Assembly (NCBI GenBank): GCA_937876355.1
Contig: CALFHN010000085.1
Location: forward strand, 6,069-70,068
Reading direction: 5' to 3'
Length of the DNA stretch: 64,000 bases
Source: an uncultured Bacteroidota bacterium
Lineage (GTDB): Bacteria > Bacteroidota > Rhodothermia > Rhodothermales > UBA10348
The notes under the pieces were generated by a model that worked only from the letters and a program-made list of their open reading frames with translations, had not been told where the DNA came from and did not search any database. The position numbers were made by a program, and so were the translations under genes. Shown here one piece after another: positions 47,530 through 57,667 of the stretch (its first letter is position 1; each line of letters opens with the position of its first letter).

Positions 47530-49062
47530 ATGAAGAAACTTGTACTGCTATTTCTGTTCACCACACTTGTTATGGCCGGCATAACGCCAATCGTAGCAAG
47601 TGCCCAGGTAGACCGCGGTGCCGAATCTGTGTATATCCGCCCACACGTAGGAATTTCCTACTACATGGGAGATAGCGAAAAATCACCTTTCAATTTTGAT
47701 GGTGATTTGTTCGATAAATTCCCTTACAACGTCGGTGCTGAGCTGGGATACCAGTTTACCCCAAGTTACAGCGTTGGATTAGACTTCCGATATGGGGAAT
47801 ATACCCATATTACTGACTTTGAAGTCCCAACAAAAACTATTGATCACCCAACTACCCGTTGGGCTGTTCGGTTGTTGGCTCGTCAACTCATGACCTCGGG
47901 CAAAATCGCACCGTATTGGTTTGGTGGCGTGAATGTGGGTGGCGGCGAAAGTTATGTCTACTCAGCTTCTTGTGCCGACAACGTTGCCGGTAGCTGTGTG
48001 ACGCAGTCAGAGATTGGATTTGGTGTTTCCGCGGGTCTAGGACTTGATTTTTATATTAATCCAAGTACATCATTCTTCATTGAGACAGGAGTGGATACGC
48101 AGATTCCTGACGATGCTTCGGACGGGCGCGACAATAATGGCTTTACAGGCATGGATTTCCTTGGCAACCACTCGCTCGGTATCAAAGTGAATTTCAACCG
48201 GGTAACTCCAGTCGAAATTACCGATATGATCTGCCCTGTTGATGTTGTTGATGCTGGAACGCCAATCACATTTACGGCTTCGGTCAATGAAAAAGCGACC
48301 CAACCAGTAAATTACCTTTGGACGTTTGGCGACGAAACTAGCGCCACTGGGATGACTGTTTCCCACACGTTTGCTCGTGCAGGCAACTACACAGTTGGCC
48401 TCACAGCAAGTAATGGTAGTGGCAAATACACTTCCGTTAAAACGTGTGCCGTATCGGTTAAGGATCCTTGTATTCCTGCAACGATCACCTCGATGCGTGC
48501 CTCGAACATGAGTCCTGACACGCAAACCGCCGTCGCTTTCTCAGCGAACGTGGCCGGTTCTGATTCTCAGTATCGTTGGGACATGGGCGACGGCTCGAAA
48601 ATGACTGGTGCCTCTCCTTCTCATACTTACAGCAAAGCAGGTACCTATACCGTTACGCTTGAAGTTGAGAACTGTGCAGGTGTTGTAAAACGCACCATGA
48701 CAATCACTGTGGTGCCTTACGAAGCTGCAATTTGCCGCGAGCTCACGGAAATGAACTCTGTGTACTTTAAGGCTAACTCTTCGGCACTTACAGACGAAGG
48801 CCGCGCTCTGCTGAAAGAAAACTTGGATATTCTGATCCTTTGCCCAAATCTAAACGTCCGCGTTGAAGGATGGGCATCTGCAGGCGAACGTCGTCCACAG
48901 GAACTTAGCGATGACCGCGCCCGCGCTGTCGAGCAGTACTATGTTGACAATGGTGTGGCAGCAAGCCGAATTGTTTCTTCTGGAAAAGGCCGCTCAGGAA
49001 TGGGCAGCAAGAAAGAAGGACTTGCTCAATTCCGTCGTGCAGACACGATTCCTGTTCGTTAG
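47530..49062 (+). CDS. OmpA-family outer-membrane protein with an N-terminal barrel, two PKD domains and a C-terminal OmpA domain
   Basis: 510 aa with a signal peptide. The PKD motifs are WTFGDETSATGMTVSHTFARAGNYTV and WDMGDGSKMTGASPSHTYSKAGTYTV. The OmpA C-terminus reads VYFKANSSALTDEG...RVEGWAS...LSDDRARAV. Confidence 0.85.
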   Translation: MKKLVLLFLFTTLVMAGITPIVASAQVDRGAESVYIRPHVGISYYMGDSEKSPFNFDGDLFDKFPYNVGAELGYQFTPSYSVGLDFRYGEYTHITDFEVPTKTIDHPTTRWAVRLLARQLMTSGKIAPYWFGGVNVGGGESYVYSASCADNVAGSCVTQSEIGFGVSAGLGLDFYINPSTSFFIETGVDTQIPDDASDGRDNNGFTGMDFLGNHSLGIKVNFNRVTPVEITDMICPVDVVDAGTPITFTASVNEKATQPVNYLWTFGDETSATGMTVSHTFARAGNYTVGLTASNGSGKYTSVKTCAVSVKDPCIPATITSMRASNMSPDTQTAVAFSANVAGSDSQYRWDMGDGSKMTGASPSHTYSKAGTYTVTLEVENCAGVVKRTMTITVVPYEAAICRELTEMNSVYFKANSSALTDEGRALLKENLDILILCPNLNVRVEGWASAGERRPQELSDDRARAVEQYYVDNGVAASRIVSSGKGRSGMGSKKEGLAQFRRADTIPVR

Positions 49063-49106
49063 AAGCAGGTAGATAGTTAGGCACTTATTTCGATAGGTGT
49101 TTACTG

Positions 49107-49152
49107 GCGGGGGGTTGCTACGAAGATTTTAATCTTCATAGCAACCCCCCGC
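49107..49152. terminator. 46-nt near-perfect hairpin between convergent genes (likely bidirectional terminator)
   Basis: gcggggggttgcta c gaagatt tt aatcttc a tagcaaccccccgc. The outer stem is 14 bp and the inner stem 7 bp. It lies between the stops at 49062 (+) and 49173 (-). Confidence 0.65.
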
Positions 49153-49172
49153 TTCTTTAATGGAAGATCCTC

Positions 49173-50318
49173 TTAATGGAATAATAAAGTGCCTTGCTCC
49201 CAAAGATCTTCGAGCATATCCATAAACTCACGATCAAGCCCGAAGTCGTTCGCCTTGAGCCCATCAACGCTTACAAGCGCCTTCACAACCGGCAAAAGGG
49301 CGAAATCCAACTCAATGACTTCCCCGCCCGCAAAGAGGGTCAATTCTGACCCCTCTCCCAACGAGTATAATACTTGGGAAGAGGCGCTCGGCTTCAGGCT
49401 CCGACCCGATGCAAATACATCATCAAATGATTGACTGGAATAGGGGCCTTCATCCGCTTGTCTGCGGGGTTCAGACAACATCTTACCGATGAGATTGGTC
49501 ATTGCACCTTTATCGTCAATAACCCTCTGAATAAGGGATTGTACCCACCGGAGGGAGCTGTCGTCCAATAAGCCCGGCTCATTGCTTAATTTCAAATCAG
49601 GATCGTGATAGCGCTCTTCCGGATCTACTTCATTCATCACGTGCTCCAATAGGCCCGTAACCATTTCCCTGGCTCCTGGCGCCCTGCAACCGATAGAAAA
49701 GGTCATACACGGCCCTAAAGCGACTCCGTGATGCGCAATTTTTGGAGGCAAATACAACATGTCTCCCGTTTCAAGCACCCATTCTTGATCCGGGGTAAAG
49801 TTGGCCAAAATGGAAACGTCAATATCTTCGATGAGGTCTTCGTTTGTGACAGGGACGGTGTCAATCTGCCAACGTCTCGTGCCATATCCCTGAAGCAAGA
49901 ACACGTCATAATTGTCGGTATGCGCCCCTACCCCGCCTCCATTCGCAGCATATGATATCATGACGTCGTCTAGGCGCCAATTTGGAAGGAAAGAAACAAC
50001 CCGGAGCATATCCCGAACCTCAGGCACCAGCCGATCGACTTCCTGAATCAACAGGGTCCATTGTGAATCGGACATGCCTTCGAACACAGACCTCGAAAAA
50101 GGACCTTCACGGACATCCCATTGATGCTCACCATCCAATTTCACCAGCAGCCTGCTAAACGCATCTTCCCTTTCCGACAACGCCATAAAAGCTTTTGGGG
50201 AAAGTGGTGTTTCAAATCCGGGCCAAGCCCCTCTAACGAGTAATGGTTTTTTCTGCCAGTATTCAGCCAGAAAATCTTCGACTGAAAGAGAGCCAAAAAA
50301 AGAGGATGGAATCTGCAT
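49173..50318 (-). CDS. JmjC/cupin ribosomal-protein oxygenase (RoxA/YcfD-like, L16 Arg hydroxylase family)
   Basis: 381 aa. FLAEYWQKKPLLVRGAWPGFETPLSPKAFMAL... and GVGAHTDNYDVFLLQGYGTRRWQI resemble YcfD/RoxA. Confidence 0.7.
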   Translation of the reverse strand: MQIPSSFFGSLSVEDFLAEYWQKKPLLVRGAWPGFETPLSPKAFMALSEREDAFSRLLVKLDGEHQWDVREGPFSRSVFEGMSDSQWTLLIQEVDRLVPEVRDMLRVVSFLPNWRLDDVMISYAANGGGVGAHTDNYDVFLLQGYGTRRWQIDTVPVTNEDLIEDIDVSILANFTPDQEWVLETGDMLYLPPKIAHHGVALGPCMTFSIGCRAPGAREMVTGLLEHVMNEVDPEERYHDPDLKLSNEPGLLDDSSLRWVQSLIQRVIDDKGAMTNLIGKMLSEPRRQADEGPYSSQSFDDVFASGRSLKPSASSQVLYSLGEGSELTLFAGGEVIELDFALLPVVKALVSVDGLKANDFGLDREFMDMLEDLWEQGTLLFH

Positions 50319-50324
50319 AAATGG

Positions 50325-50513
50325 TCAAAAAAGAAAATGAATTAATTCCAACAAGGGCCAAATCATCAAAAGCGAAAATACCACTACAAACAAACGCATG
50401 GACTTTTTGACGACGGGAAACTCATAACTGCAGAATGGACAAAATGCTTGTCCTTCCTCTGATTCTATTCCACACGATGGGCACTCAATCATGAGTTTTT
50501 CGACTTGCCCCAA
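50325..50513 (-). CDS. small zinc-ribbon membrane protein
   Basis: 62 aa. CPSCG...CPFCS gives four Cys, followed by one hydrophobic helix. It overlaps the end of the cyclophilin gene by 29 nt. Confidence 0.45.
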   Translation of the reverse strand: MGQVEKLMIECPSCGIESEEGQAFCPFCSYEFPVVKKSMRLFVVVFSLLMIWPLLELIHFLF

Positions 50514-51075
50514 TAATCTGGACGGGCTCGATCAATTGTTGCACTTCGACAGGACCGCCTTGAATAGTCCGAACGATATCCATTCCCGAAGTCACCTTTC
50601 CAAAGGCCGCGAAGCCTTGCCCATCAGTATTTCTCATTCCTCCAAAATCAAGCGAAGGCTGGTCCTCAATACAAATGAAAAATGAATGATCTGCCGAATC
50701 GGGTGTGCCGCGGGCCATTGATATCGTCCCATCGAGATGAAGAAGACCCGTTTCTGAGGTTCGTTCTAACGAAATGGCGTCAAAAAATTCATCTCGTCTC
50801 TCAGGATTGGCGCCCCCTTGAATTACTTCAATGCGGATCGAATCCGTTGGCTGATTGTCCATCCTGACTACGCGAAAAAATGAACCATCTGAATACATGC
50901 CGCTGTCCACATACCGCAAAAAATTAGCTGAGGTGATGGGCGCGGCTACGGTGTCAATTTCGACGACAATCATCCCCGCACTGGTCTCAATTTCTACAAT
51001 AACTGACGACTGAGGTGGTGAACAGCCGAAAACGGTTAAAACAAGGACTAAAAAAGCAAATAGTCTCATCTTCAT
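50485..51075 (-). CDS. cyclophilin-type peptidyl-prolyl isomerase lipoprotein
   Basis: 196 aa with lipobox VFGCS. FFRVVRMDN...GTISMAR...FFICI...GFAAFGKVTSGMDIV are cyclophilin motifs. Confidence 0.8.
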   Translation of the reverse strand: MKMRLFAFLVLVLTVFGCSPPQSSVIVEIETSAGMIVVEIDTVAAPITSANFLRYVDSGMYSDGSFFRVVRMDNQPTDSIRIEVIQGGANPERRDEFFDAISLERTSETGLLHLDGTISMARGTPDSADHSFFICIEDQPSLDFGGMRNTDGQGFAAFGKVTSGMDIVRTIQGGPVEVQQLIEPVQIIGASRKTHD

Positions 51076-51371
51076 TCTCCTTCTTCTAAAGCATCTAGGA
51101 AATATTGCATCAGGCTCCGGCCAATAGCCAAACTGGCGGAAGACTGATTGATGGTAAGGGCTACAACTACATTATGCTCTGGATTCATTTGAAAAATGGA
51201 TGTGCCACCAACCGAACCGCCAGTATGCCCAAGCAAAAGCCGACCCTTAGCATCAGTAGAAACGCTCCACCCAATCCCGTACCCCGGTTTTTGACCCCAG
51301 GATGGAAGGACCCACAACCAAGCTGCAAGCAGGATCAAATACCTTGAGTAAGCGGACCGGTTTGGGATCAT
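51072..51371 (-). pseudogene. C-terminal fragment of a beta-lactamase-fold serine hydrolase
   Basis: 99 aa. GYGIGWSV...LLGHTGGSVGGTSIFQMNPEHNVVVALTIN is the C-terminal part of the fold. The SxxK catalytic region is absent. Its stop overlaps the cyclophilin start (ATGA). Confidence 0.55.
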
Positions 51372-51410
51372 GGGCTTGGAATCTTGGTGACGTTACTTGG
51401 CAACACTTTT

Positions 51411-51980
51411 TTACTTTTTCTGACTTACCATCACGGTTGAGATTCTGATTTCTTCGCCCACAAGGCTATCCATCAAAATGCCAAATTTCAATTTATAGTC
51501 TGACCTCTTTATCACAAATTCGGAGCGAATGGTTAATTCATTTTTTTCCAGATTCAGGCTCACCGTAAAAGGTAACTCAACGTCTCGCGTAGTGCCATAG
51601 ACCTTCATTTTACCCATAACAATTCGGCGCTGCGTGGTATTTGTCGCTAAACTAATTCCGTTGGACGCAAACTCAACAGTAGGATAACGATCTGTATCCA
51701 AAAAATCTTCTGACCGTAACTCCTTATCCCGCACCTTATTATCCGTGTCGATGCTCTTTACATCGATAGAAATTTGAGCCAACATCGAATCCGGTTTTAA
51801 CGGATCATACCAGATAGTCCCAGAAGCGCTTGAAAACGCACCGTGGACGGTGGCCACGCCAAAATGCTCAACATCGAAAGAAAACACCGATTTCGCAGCG
51901 TCAATGGCATATTCTTGGGCCTGGCTGAAGACGACGCCAGGCCAGATCAATAAACAAACAAGGAAAACACTGAATTTCAT
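51411..51980 (-). CDS. YceI-family periplasmic protein
   Basis: ORF 51411..52145. I prefer the ATG at 51980, which gives MKFSVFLVCLLIWPGVVFSQ (signal peptide). SVFSFDVEHFGVATVHGAF is the YceI N-terminal pattern. Confidence 0.75.
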   Translation of the reverse strand: MKFSVFLVCLLIWPGVVFSQAQEYAIDAAKSVFSFDVEHFGVATVHGAFSSASGTIWYDPLKPDSMLAQISIDVKSIDTDNKVRDKELRSEDFLDTDRYPTVEFASNGISLATNTTQRRIVMGKMKVYGTTRDVELPFTVSLNLEKNELTIRSEFVIKRSDYKLKFGILMDSLVGEEIRISTVMVSQKK

Positions 51981-52222
51981 GGAGTTGTCAACATCCGGTA
52001 AAGAAGGATAATTTTCCAATGCACTTCCTTCGATTCGGTTCGACAAAATGGACATCCGTTCATAAAAAGGCAATTTCGAAAGTCCAAATGGCCCAGAGTC
52101 GGAAAACCATTCCCGTCTCTTCGGTAATCCTTTGCAAATACCCATTGGAGTTCGTAACGTAATTGGATTCGGCTACCCCCACCGCTGAATCACTTCCTAA
52201 GTAGCCCGAACCCAAAACCATC

Positions 52223-53536
52223 ATGGCCCCTACGTATACGTTCTTTATTAGGATTTCTGTAGCGTATTTGTTGACTTTCAGTCTTGTGGCCGTTTCCGCT
52301 TCAGGGCAAGATGGCTCTCGCGGAAGCCGAAACATGAAACTAGTCAGTCACATTCCCCTTGGCGGCATGAAGGCTGCTAATGGCTCTGCAACTGCTGGAT
52401 TTGAAGCATTGGGACGAAATACGGGCGATGTAGTGTTAGACCAAGGACGCAATCGACCATTCGTCTTTGTGGCTAGAAAAGGGGACGTACCAGGAGTCGT
52501 CGCAATCAATATCTCGGATGAATCCAAGCCCGTACAAGTTGGAGAATGGAATAGCCCGAGCGAGGTTGCTGACCTCATTTCGTTCAAATCGGGCTCAAAC
52601 TTTTTCTTGATTGCCACCCATCCCTCTAGTGGCGCGACCGTTCTAGAAGTCACTGATCCCGACGAAGGACAATTTGATATTGTTGCCACCATTGAAGTAG
52701 AAGGTGGATTTCACCACGGGTTTGCTTATCGCCATTCGAACGGGAGATCCTACTTTTTTGGAACGGGGGGTGGAAATATTTTTGTGTACGATCTGGAGCG
52801 ACTTTCTTCCGGTGTGACTTCTGTTGTTACTTCGATTCCGCTTCCCGAAGATGTGCCTGCGGTAGCTTACGGGTTTCACTCGGTTAGCGTGCAATACGAA
52901 GCGTCAACAGAATCGGATCGACTCTACGCTGCCGGCGCTGGCGGTTATTACGTTCTGAACGTGACAGATGTCACCAATCCGCTGTCCATCGCAATCGTGA
53001 ACTCCGCTGCGGTGCAAATCGGCAGAAGTGTATCGGCAACCCCAGACGGGACTCATTTAGTTACAGCAGCCGGCTATCGGACATCCCCAATGCGCATCTT
53101 CGACTTGAGGCCTGCATTGGAGGGAACGGTACCTAGAATTCGGACAGCTGCCGGTGCGTGGACCGCCAATTGGCAAAATTATTCTGAAAACCATCAGTTG
53201 CGATGGCCCCTGGTTTTCACCGCTGCCATGGACGACGGCCTTCAAGTTTTTAATATGATGAATCCATTTGAGCCGTTTACGGTCGGGTTTTATCACACTT
53301 GGGATGGCCCAGCAGCCTCTTTGGCAAATCAGGAAGTTAACTTGACAGGTGCCTGGGACGTCGACATACGCAATTCGGACGGCCTAATTGCTGTAACCGA
53401 TGTAAATACGGGACTGTGGCTTTTCCGAATGGAAGGATTTGAAAGCTGGGACGGACGCGGCTGGGGTTTCCCAAATGTAGGCTCAGTCCAAGACTGGGAA
53501 AAAGGTCCAACGAGGTCAGCATCATGGAATCAATAA
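52223..53536 (+). CDS. LVIVD-repeat beta-propeller protein, paralog 1 (most divergent)
   Basis: 437 aa, signal-like N-terminus. Shares the family frame (…HIPLGG…, RLYAAGAGGYYVLNVTD, MRIFDLRPALEG, DVDIRNSDGLIAVTDVNTGLWLFRMEGF) but lacks several conserved His residues. Confidence 0.7.
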   Translation: MAPTYTFFIRISVAYLLTFSLVAVSASGQDGSRGSRNMKLVSHIPLGGMKAANGSATAGFEALGRNTGDVVLDQGRNRPFVFVARKGDVPGVVAINISDESKPVQVGEWNSPSEVADLISFKSGSNFFLIATHPSSGATVLEVTDPDEGQFDIVATIEVEGGFHHGFAYRHSNGRSYFFGTGGGNIFVYDLERLSSGVTSVVTSIPLPEDVPAVAYGFHSVSVQYEASTESDRLYAAGAGGYYVLNVTDVTNPLSIAIVNSAAVQIGRSVSATPDGTHLVTAAGYRTSPMRIFDLRPALEGTVPRIRTAAGAWTANWQNYSENHQLRWPLVFTAAMDDGLQVFNMMNPFEPFTVGFYHTWDGPAASLANQEVNLTGAWDVDIRNSDGLIAVTDVNTGLWLFRMEGFESWDGRGWGFPNVGSVQDWEKGPTRSASWNQ

Positions 53537-54957
53537 TGAATCGTCAGATATTGCGCACCATCGGACGAATATTGTTCGTTTTTACGGTTCTGATGACAAC
53601 TTCGCTGGCAAGTTGGGCTCAAAGTGGCCCCTATGGTAAGGGAATAGAACAACCCCAGCATCCTCAGAAACCAGGTGAGCAAGGCTCAGCCAACATGCGG
53701 GTCTTGGCTCACATTCCTCTAGGCGCCGCAGGTAGTGTTTCAGATGTTGAGATCGAGCAGGATTTGGACCGACCTTACGCGTACGTGGCCCGTAGAAATA
53801 CAGAAATTGGATTTGACGTGATCGACCTTGCCGATCCTAACCATGCAAAAGTATTATACAGGTGGCGAATTGAAAACGAAGACCTTCACGTGGGCGGGGC
53901 CATGGATGGTCGATACTTCAAATATAAAAGCCGCTATTATTACGTTCAGTCGGTCCAGCTCCGACAGTCGGGCCCAAATTCGGACGTCGGCGCGATCGTT
54001 TTTGATGTGACAGATCTTCCCGTAAAAATGTCGGAAGTAGGAAGAATTCGGCAGTCAGAGTCGCCCGGTGGATTCCACAACATTTTTATGTACAAGCACA
54101 GTTCAGGAAAACCCTTGATGTTCGCGACTTCTGGGGGATTTGCCAAAGTTTTCGACATGGGTTTGTTCATTGATGGAGAAACCTCCGAAATGGACTCCCA
54201 GCTCAAAGATGAAAATCGAGAATTGATAGGAAGAGTGCCGGTTGCGGAATCCGACAATATGTGGTCGAAAGGATACCATGATTTTTACGTAGCCTACCAT
54301 CCTGAAACGGGTCAAGACCGTTTTTATGGAGGCGGTGGTAGCGGATACTACGTGTACAACGTCACGAATTTGGAAAAACCTGAGTTGTTGGCTACCCTTT
54401 TGGGCGTTCCGGGAGTCGCGTGGGGGCACACTTTCACTCCCACTCCGGATGGCAACTACGCTATCGGTGAAACGGAATTTCAATACCAACCGCTACGTAT
54501 TTTTGACCTAAAACCCGCATTGAATGGGGAGAATCCGGACAAAAACATAGATCACGCCATCGGCGCGTGGCATGCGGATTGGAAGAGCCTTGCTCATAAC
54601 CATGAGGTAAGATGGCCATTCGTCTTCGTATCTGGGTATCAGACGGGACTAGGCGTCTTTAACATGGTGGATCCTGAGCATCCGTTTACCGTGGGGTATT
54701 ACGACACGTTCGATGGAATCCACAACGACCGAGGGGCGGCCATGGAAAGGTTAGGCAGTCCCTATGACTGGAATGTGTATGATGGTGCCTGGGGTGTTGA
54801 TGTTCGAAATGCCGACGGCCTAATTGTGGTCAGCGACATGACAACGGGATTCTGGGCTTTCAAAATGGATGGATTCGACGGTTGGAACGGCGAAGATTGG
54901 GGAATGCCCAACGTATCAAGTGTTCAACAATGGGACGACCTTCCTTCAAATCGATAG
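53536..54957 (+). CDS. LVIVD-repeat beta-propeller protein, paralog 2
   Basis: ORF 53524..54957. The ATG at 53536 overlaps the upstream TAA (TAATG) and gives MNRQILRTIGRILFVFTVLMTTSLASWAQ. VDVRNADGLIVVSDMTTGFWAFKMDGF is an LVIVD repeat. Confidence 0.75.
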   Translation: MNRQILRTIGRILFVFTVLMTTSLASWAQSGPYGKGIEQPQHPQKPGEQGSANMRVLAHIPLGAAGSVSDVEIEQDLDRPYAYVARRNTEIGFDVIDLADPNHAKVLYRWRIENEDLHVGGAMDGRYFKYKSRYYYVQSVQLRQSGPNSDVGAIVFDVTDLPVKMSEVGRIRQSESPGGFHNIFMYKHSSGKPLMFATSGGFAKVFDMGLFIDGETSEMDSQLKDENRELIGRVPVAESDNMWSKGYHDFYVAYHPETGQDRFYGGGGSGYYVYNVTNLEKPELLATLLGVPGVAWGHTFTPTPDGNYAIGETEFQYQPLRIFDLKPALNGENPDKNIDHAIGAWHADWKSLAHNHEVRWPFVFVSGYQTGLGVFNMVDPEHPFTVGYYDTFDGIHNDRGAAMERLGSPYDWNVYDGAWGVDVRNADGLIVVSDMTTGFWAFKMDGFDGWNGEDWGMPNVSSVQQWDDLPSNR

Positions 54958-54981
54958 ATAAGAAGCATAAAAAGAATAATT

Positions 54982-56298
54982 ATGAGATCATTAATTGCAA
55001 TTGCGATCATGGCTTTGGTATCCGTCCCAGCGACGGCCCAAAAAATGCAGACCAAAAGTGGGTCGGATAATATCGAGGTCCTTGGGCATGTCCCATTGGG
55101 CCACCACTCTTCGGTAACGGACTTAGAATTGGAACAGGACCTAGATCGACCGTACGCATATATTGGCCGCGCTTCTATTGTTGACGGTGGCCCAAAAGGG
55201 ATGGACATTATTGAACTGTCCAATCCTGCCGCGCCCAAAGTGATCTACGAGTTCCGATTGGAATTCCAAGACCTACTTCCAAATAGAGGTGGGATGGATG
55301 TCAAGTATTTCCGAACTGGTGGACGTCACTATGTGGTGCAGTCTTTTGAGTTTGGCAGTGGCCCTTTTCACGACTTGGGGGCGGTTGTGTTTGATGTAAC
55401 GGGCTTGCCTGATCCCAATCAGGTGAAGGAAGTAGCGCGCTTAAAAGTACCCGACCTTCCAGGCGGAATGCACAACATTTTTATTTACAAACACACCAAT
55501 AAACATATCTATCTTCTTGCCACCGTTCCAGGTGGTATGGTTCAGGTTTGGGATTTAGAAAAAGTGGTCCAGGGTGATGTCGCTGGCGCTTATGTCAGTA
55601 CGATACCGACCCCCGAGTCGTCCAATAATCCGGGATCTCGCCGGTTTTATCACGACCATTATGCAGCATTTCATCCTGATACCGGAGAAGACCGTTTCTA
55701 CGGTGGCGGGAATAATGGCTACTATGTGTATGACATTTCGGATATCGAAAACCCAGAACTGAAGATCACTTTGATGGGCATATCGGGCGTGGACTGGGGT
55801 CATACCTTTACTCCGAGTCCAGACGGTCGTTATGTTGTTGCAGAATCGGAATATCAATATTCTCCTCTCCGCATTTTCGATTTAAAACCTGCTTTAGATG
55901 GCGAAGTAACCAATATTAACCAGCCGATTTCAGCTTGGACTGCAAACTGGGAAAATTTGAGTCACAACCACGAAGTGAGGTGGCCTTTTGTGTTTGTTTC
56001 CGCTTATCTAGATGGGCTGCAAGTATTTAGCCTGACCGATCCCAAAAACCCACAAACTGTTGGGTACTACGATACCTATAACGGATCAGCTGAAACAGGC
56101 TTCAATCCCGTAATTAACGGCGCTTTTGGAGTTGATGTCCGCAATGCCGACGGACTGATTGTTGTTTCTGACATGTCTACCGGTTTCTGGACGTTCCGAA
56201 TGGAAGGTTTCAGCGGTTGGAACGGCGAAGATTGGGGTATGCCCAATATATCGTCCGTTCAAAAATGGGATGATGAGTCCAAAGAAGGCACCCGATAG
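54982..56298 (+). CDS. LVIVD-repeat beta-propeller protein, paralog 3
   Basis: 438 aa with a signal peptide (ALVSVPATAQ). Conserved blocks: GGMHNIFIYKH, DRFYGGG, WGHTFTPSPDG, PLRIFDLKPALDG, HNHEVRWPFVFVS, DVRNADGLIVVSDMSTGFWTFRMEGF. Confidence 0.8.
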   Translation: MRSLIAIAIMALVSVPATAQKMQTKSGSDNIEVLGHVPLGHHSSVTDLELEQDLDRPYAYIGRASIVDGGPKGMDIIELSNPAAPKVIYEFRLEFQDLLPNRGGMDVKYFRTGGRHYVVQSFEFGSGPFHDLGAVVFDVTGLPDPNQVKEVARLKVPDLPGGMHNIFIYKHTNKHIYLLATVPGGMVQVWDLEKVVQGDVAGAYVSTIPTPESSNNPGSRRFYHDHYAAFHPDTGEDRFYGGGNNGYYVYDISDIENPELKITLMGISGVDWGHTFTPSPDGRYVVAESEYQYSPLRIFDLKPALDGEVTNINQPISAWTANWENLSHNHEVRWPFVFVSAYLDGLQVFSLTDPKNPQTVGYYDTYNGSAETGFNPVINGAFGVDVRNADGLIVVSDMSTGFWTFRMEGFSGWNGEDWGMPNISSVQKWDDESKEGTR

Positions 56299-56329
56299 CA
56301 TTTTAATCATTGAACTAACAGCTTGAGAT

Positions 56330-57649
56330 ATGAAAAATCTACTGACCATTTTATTCCTTGCGGTTGTAGTTGTGGCTCCTTCGCAGGCACAAGACACCGC
56401 TTGGACTCAGCTAAAGCCCGGATCGGACAACGTTACGGTTGAAGGGCACATTCCTCTCGGAGGAGTTTTGAACACCATGGACATGGAGGTCGAGCAGGAA
56501 ATGTCTAGACCCTTCGCCTACGTGGCCCGAGGCACGGTGGGAGCGGGTTCGGTCCGAGGTACAGACATAATCGATATCTCGAATCCCGCAAGCCCAAAAG
56601 TACTCCTGCGCTGGCGCATGGAAAATCCAGACTTACATACTGGCCTTGGTGGGATGGATATCAAGTATTTCAAATATGGTGAACGGTATTACGTGGTGCA
56701 GTCTACGCAGTTTGGACCAGGCCCCAACAGTGATTTGGGTGCGTACATTTTGGACGTTACCGATCTTCCTGATCCGAGCAAGGTTTTTGAAGCAGCCCGC
56801 ATACATGAACCTGACCTTCCCGGTGGATTCCATAACATCTTTATCTACAAACATTCAGATGGACGGGTCATTCTGCTGGCAACCATCAATGGTGCAGGAG
56901 CAAATATGTACGATCTTGGCAAGGCCGTTAGCGGTGACGTCAAAGGCGCGTTCATTGGCACCGTTCCGATTGCTGTGGACCAAGGTGGCTTCTACCATGA
57001 CCTGTATGCGGCGTGGCATCCTGATTCAAATCAAGATCGATTCTATGGCGGTGGACAGGGTGGATACTACATCTACAACATCACGGACACCGACAAGCCT
57101 GAGTTAGAATTTACAATGACAGGTATTACGGGCGTTTCATGGGGCCACACGTTTACGCCAAGCCCAGACGGACGATACGCCGTGACGGAAACTGAATATC
57201 AATACGCCCCACTGCGGATGTTTGATATGAAAAAAGGCAATGACGGGGAAGTCGAAAACATCCGATCCCCGATTTCAGCTTGGACTGCCAACTGGAAAAA
57301 CCTTGTTCATAATCATGAGGTTCGGTGGCCATATGTATTCGTATCAGGCTACCATGACGGCTTACAGGTCTTTTCCTTGATGGACCCCAAACATCCTACA
57401 ACCGTCGCCTACTACGATACGTACACAGGTCCTCGCGACGTCGGAGCTATGGGAGGCGCAGTAGGGAACGGTGCGTTTGGTGTAGATGTGCGAAATGCGG
57501 ATGGGCTTATTTTAATTTCTGATATGTCGACTGGGTTTTGGACCTTCCGAATGGAAGGTTTCAACGGATGGAATGGCGAAGATTGGGGAATGCCTAATAT
57601 CTCTTCCGTTCAAAATTGGGACGAAGAGTCCAAAGAAGGCACCCGATAA
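56330..57649 (+). CDS. LVIVD-repeat beta-propeller protein, paralog 4
   Basis: 439 aa with a signal peptide. It has the same conserved blocks as paralog 3. The last 23 nt before the stop are identical to paralog 3 (gagtccaaagaaggcacccgata). Confidence 0.8.
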   Translation: MKNLLTILFLAVVVVAPSQAQDTAWTQLKPGSDNVTVEGHIPLGGVLNTMDMEVEQEMSRPFAYVARGTVGAGSVRGTDIIDISNPASPKVLLRWRMENPDLHTGLGGMDIKYFKYGERYYVVQSTQFGPGPNSDLGAYILDVTDLPDPSKVFEAARIHEPDLPGGFHNIFIYKHSDGRVILLATINGAGANMYDLGKAVSGDVKGAFIGTVPIAVDQGGFYHDLYAAWHPDSNQDRFYGGGQGGYYIYNITDTDKPELEFTMTGITGVSWGHTFTPSPDGRYAVTETEYQYAPLRMFDMKKGNDGEVENIRSPISAWTANWKNLVHNHEVRWPYVFVSGYHDGLQVFSLMDPKHPTTVAYYDTYTGPRDVGAMGGAVGNGAFGVDVRNADGLILISDMSTGFWTFRMEGFNGWNGEDWGMPNISSVQNWDEESKEGTR

Positions 57650-57667
57650 TTAATAGAACATAAAATT

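Noticed and set aside
51981-52145. N-terminal 55-aa extension of the YceI ORF.
   Set aside because: The signal peptide begins at the internal Met (51980). The extension has no features and would bury the signal sequence.
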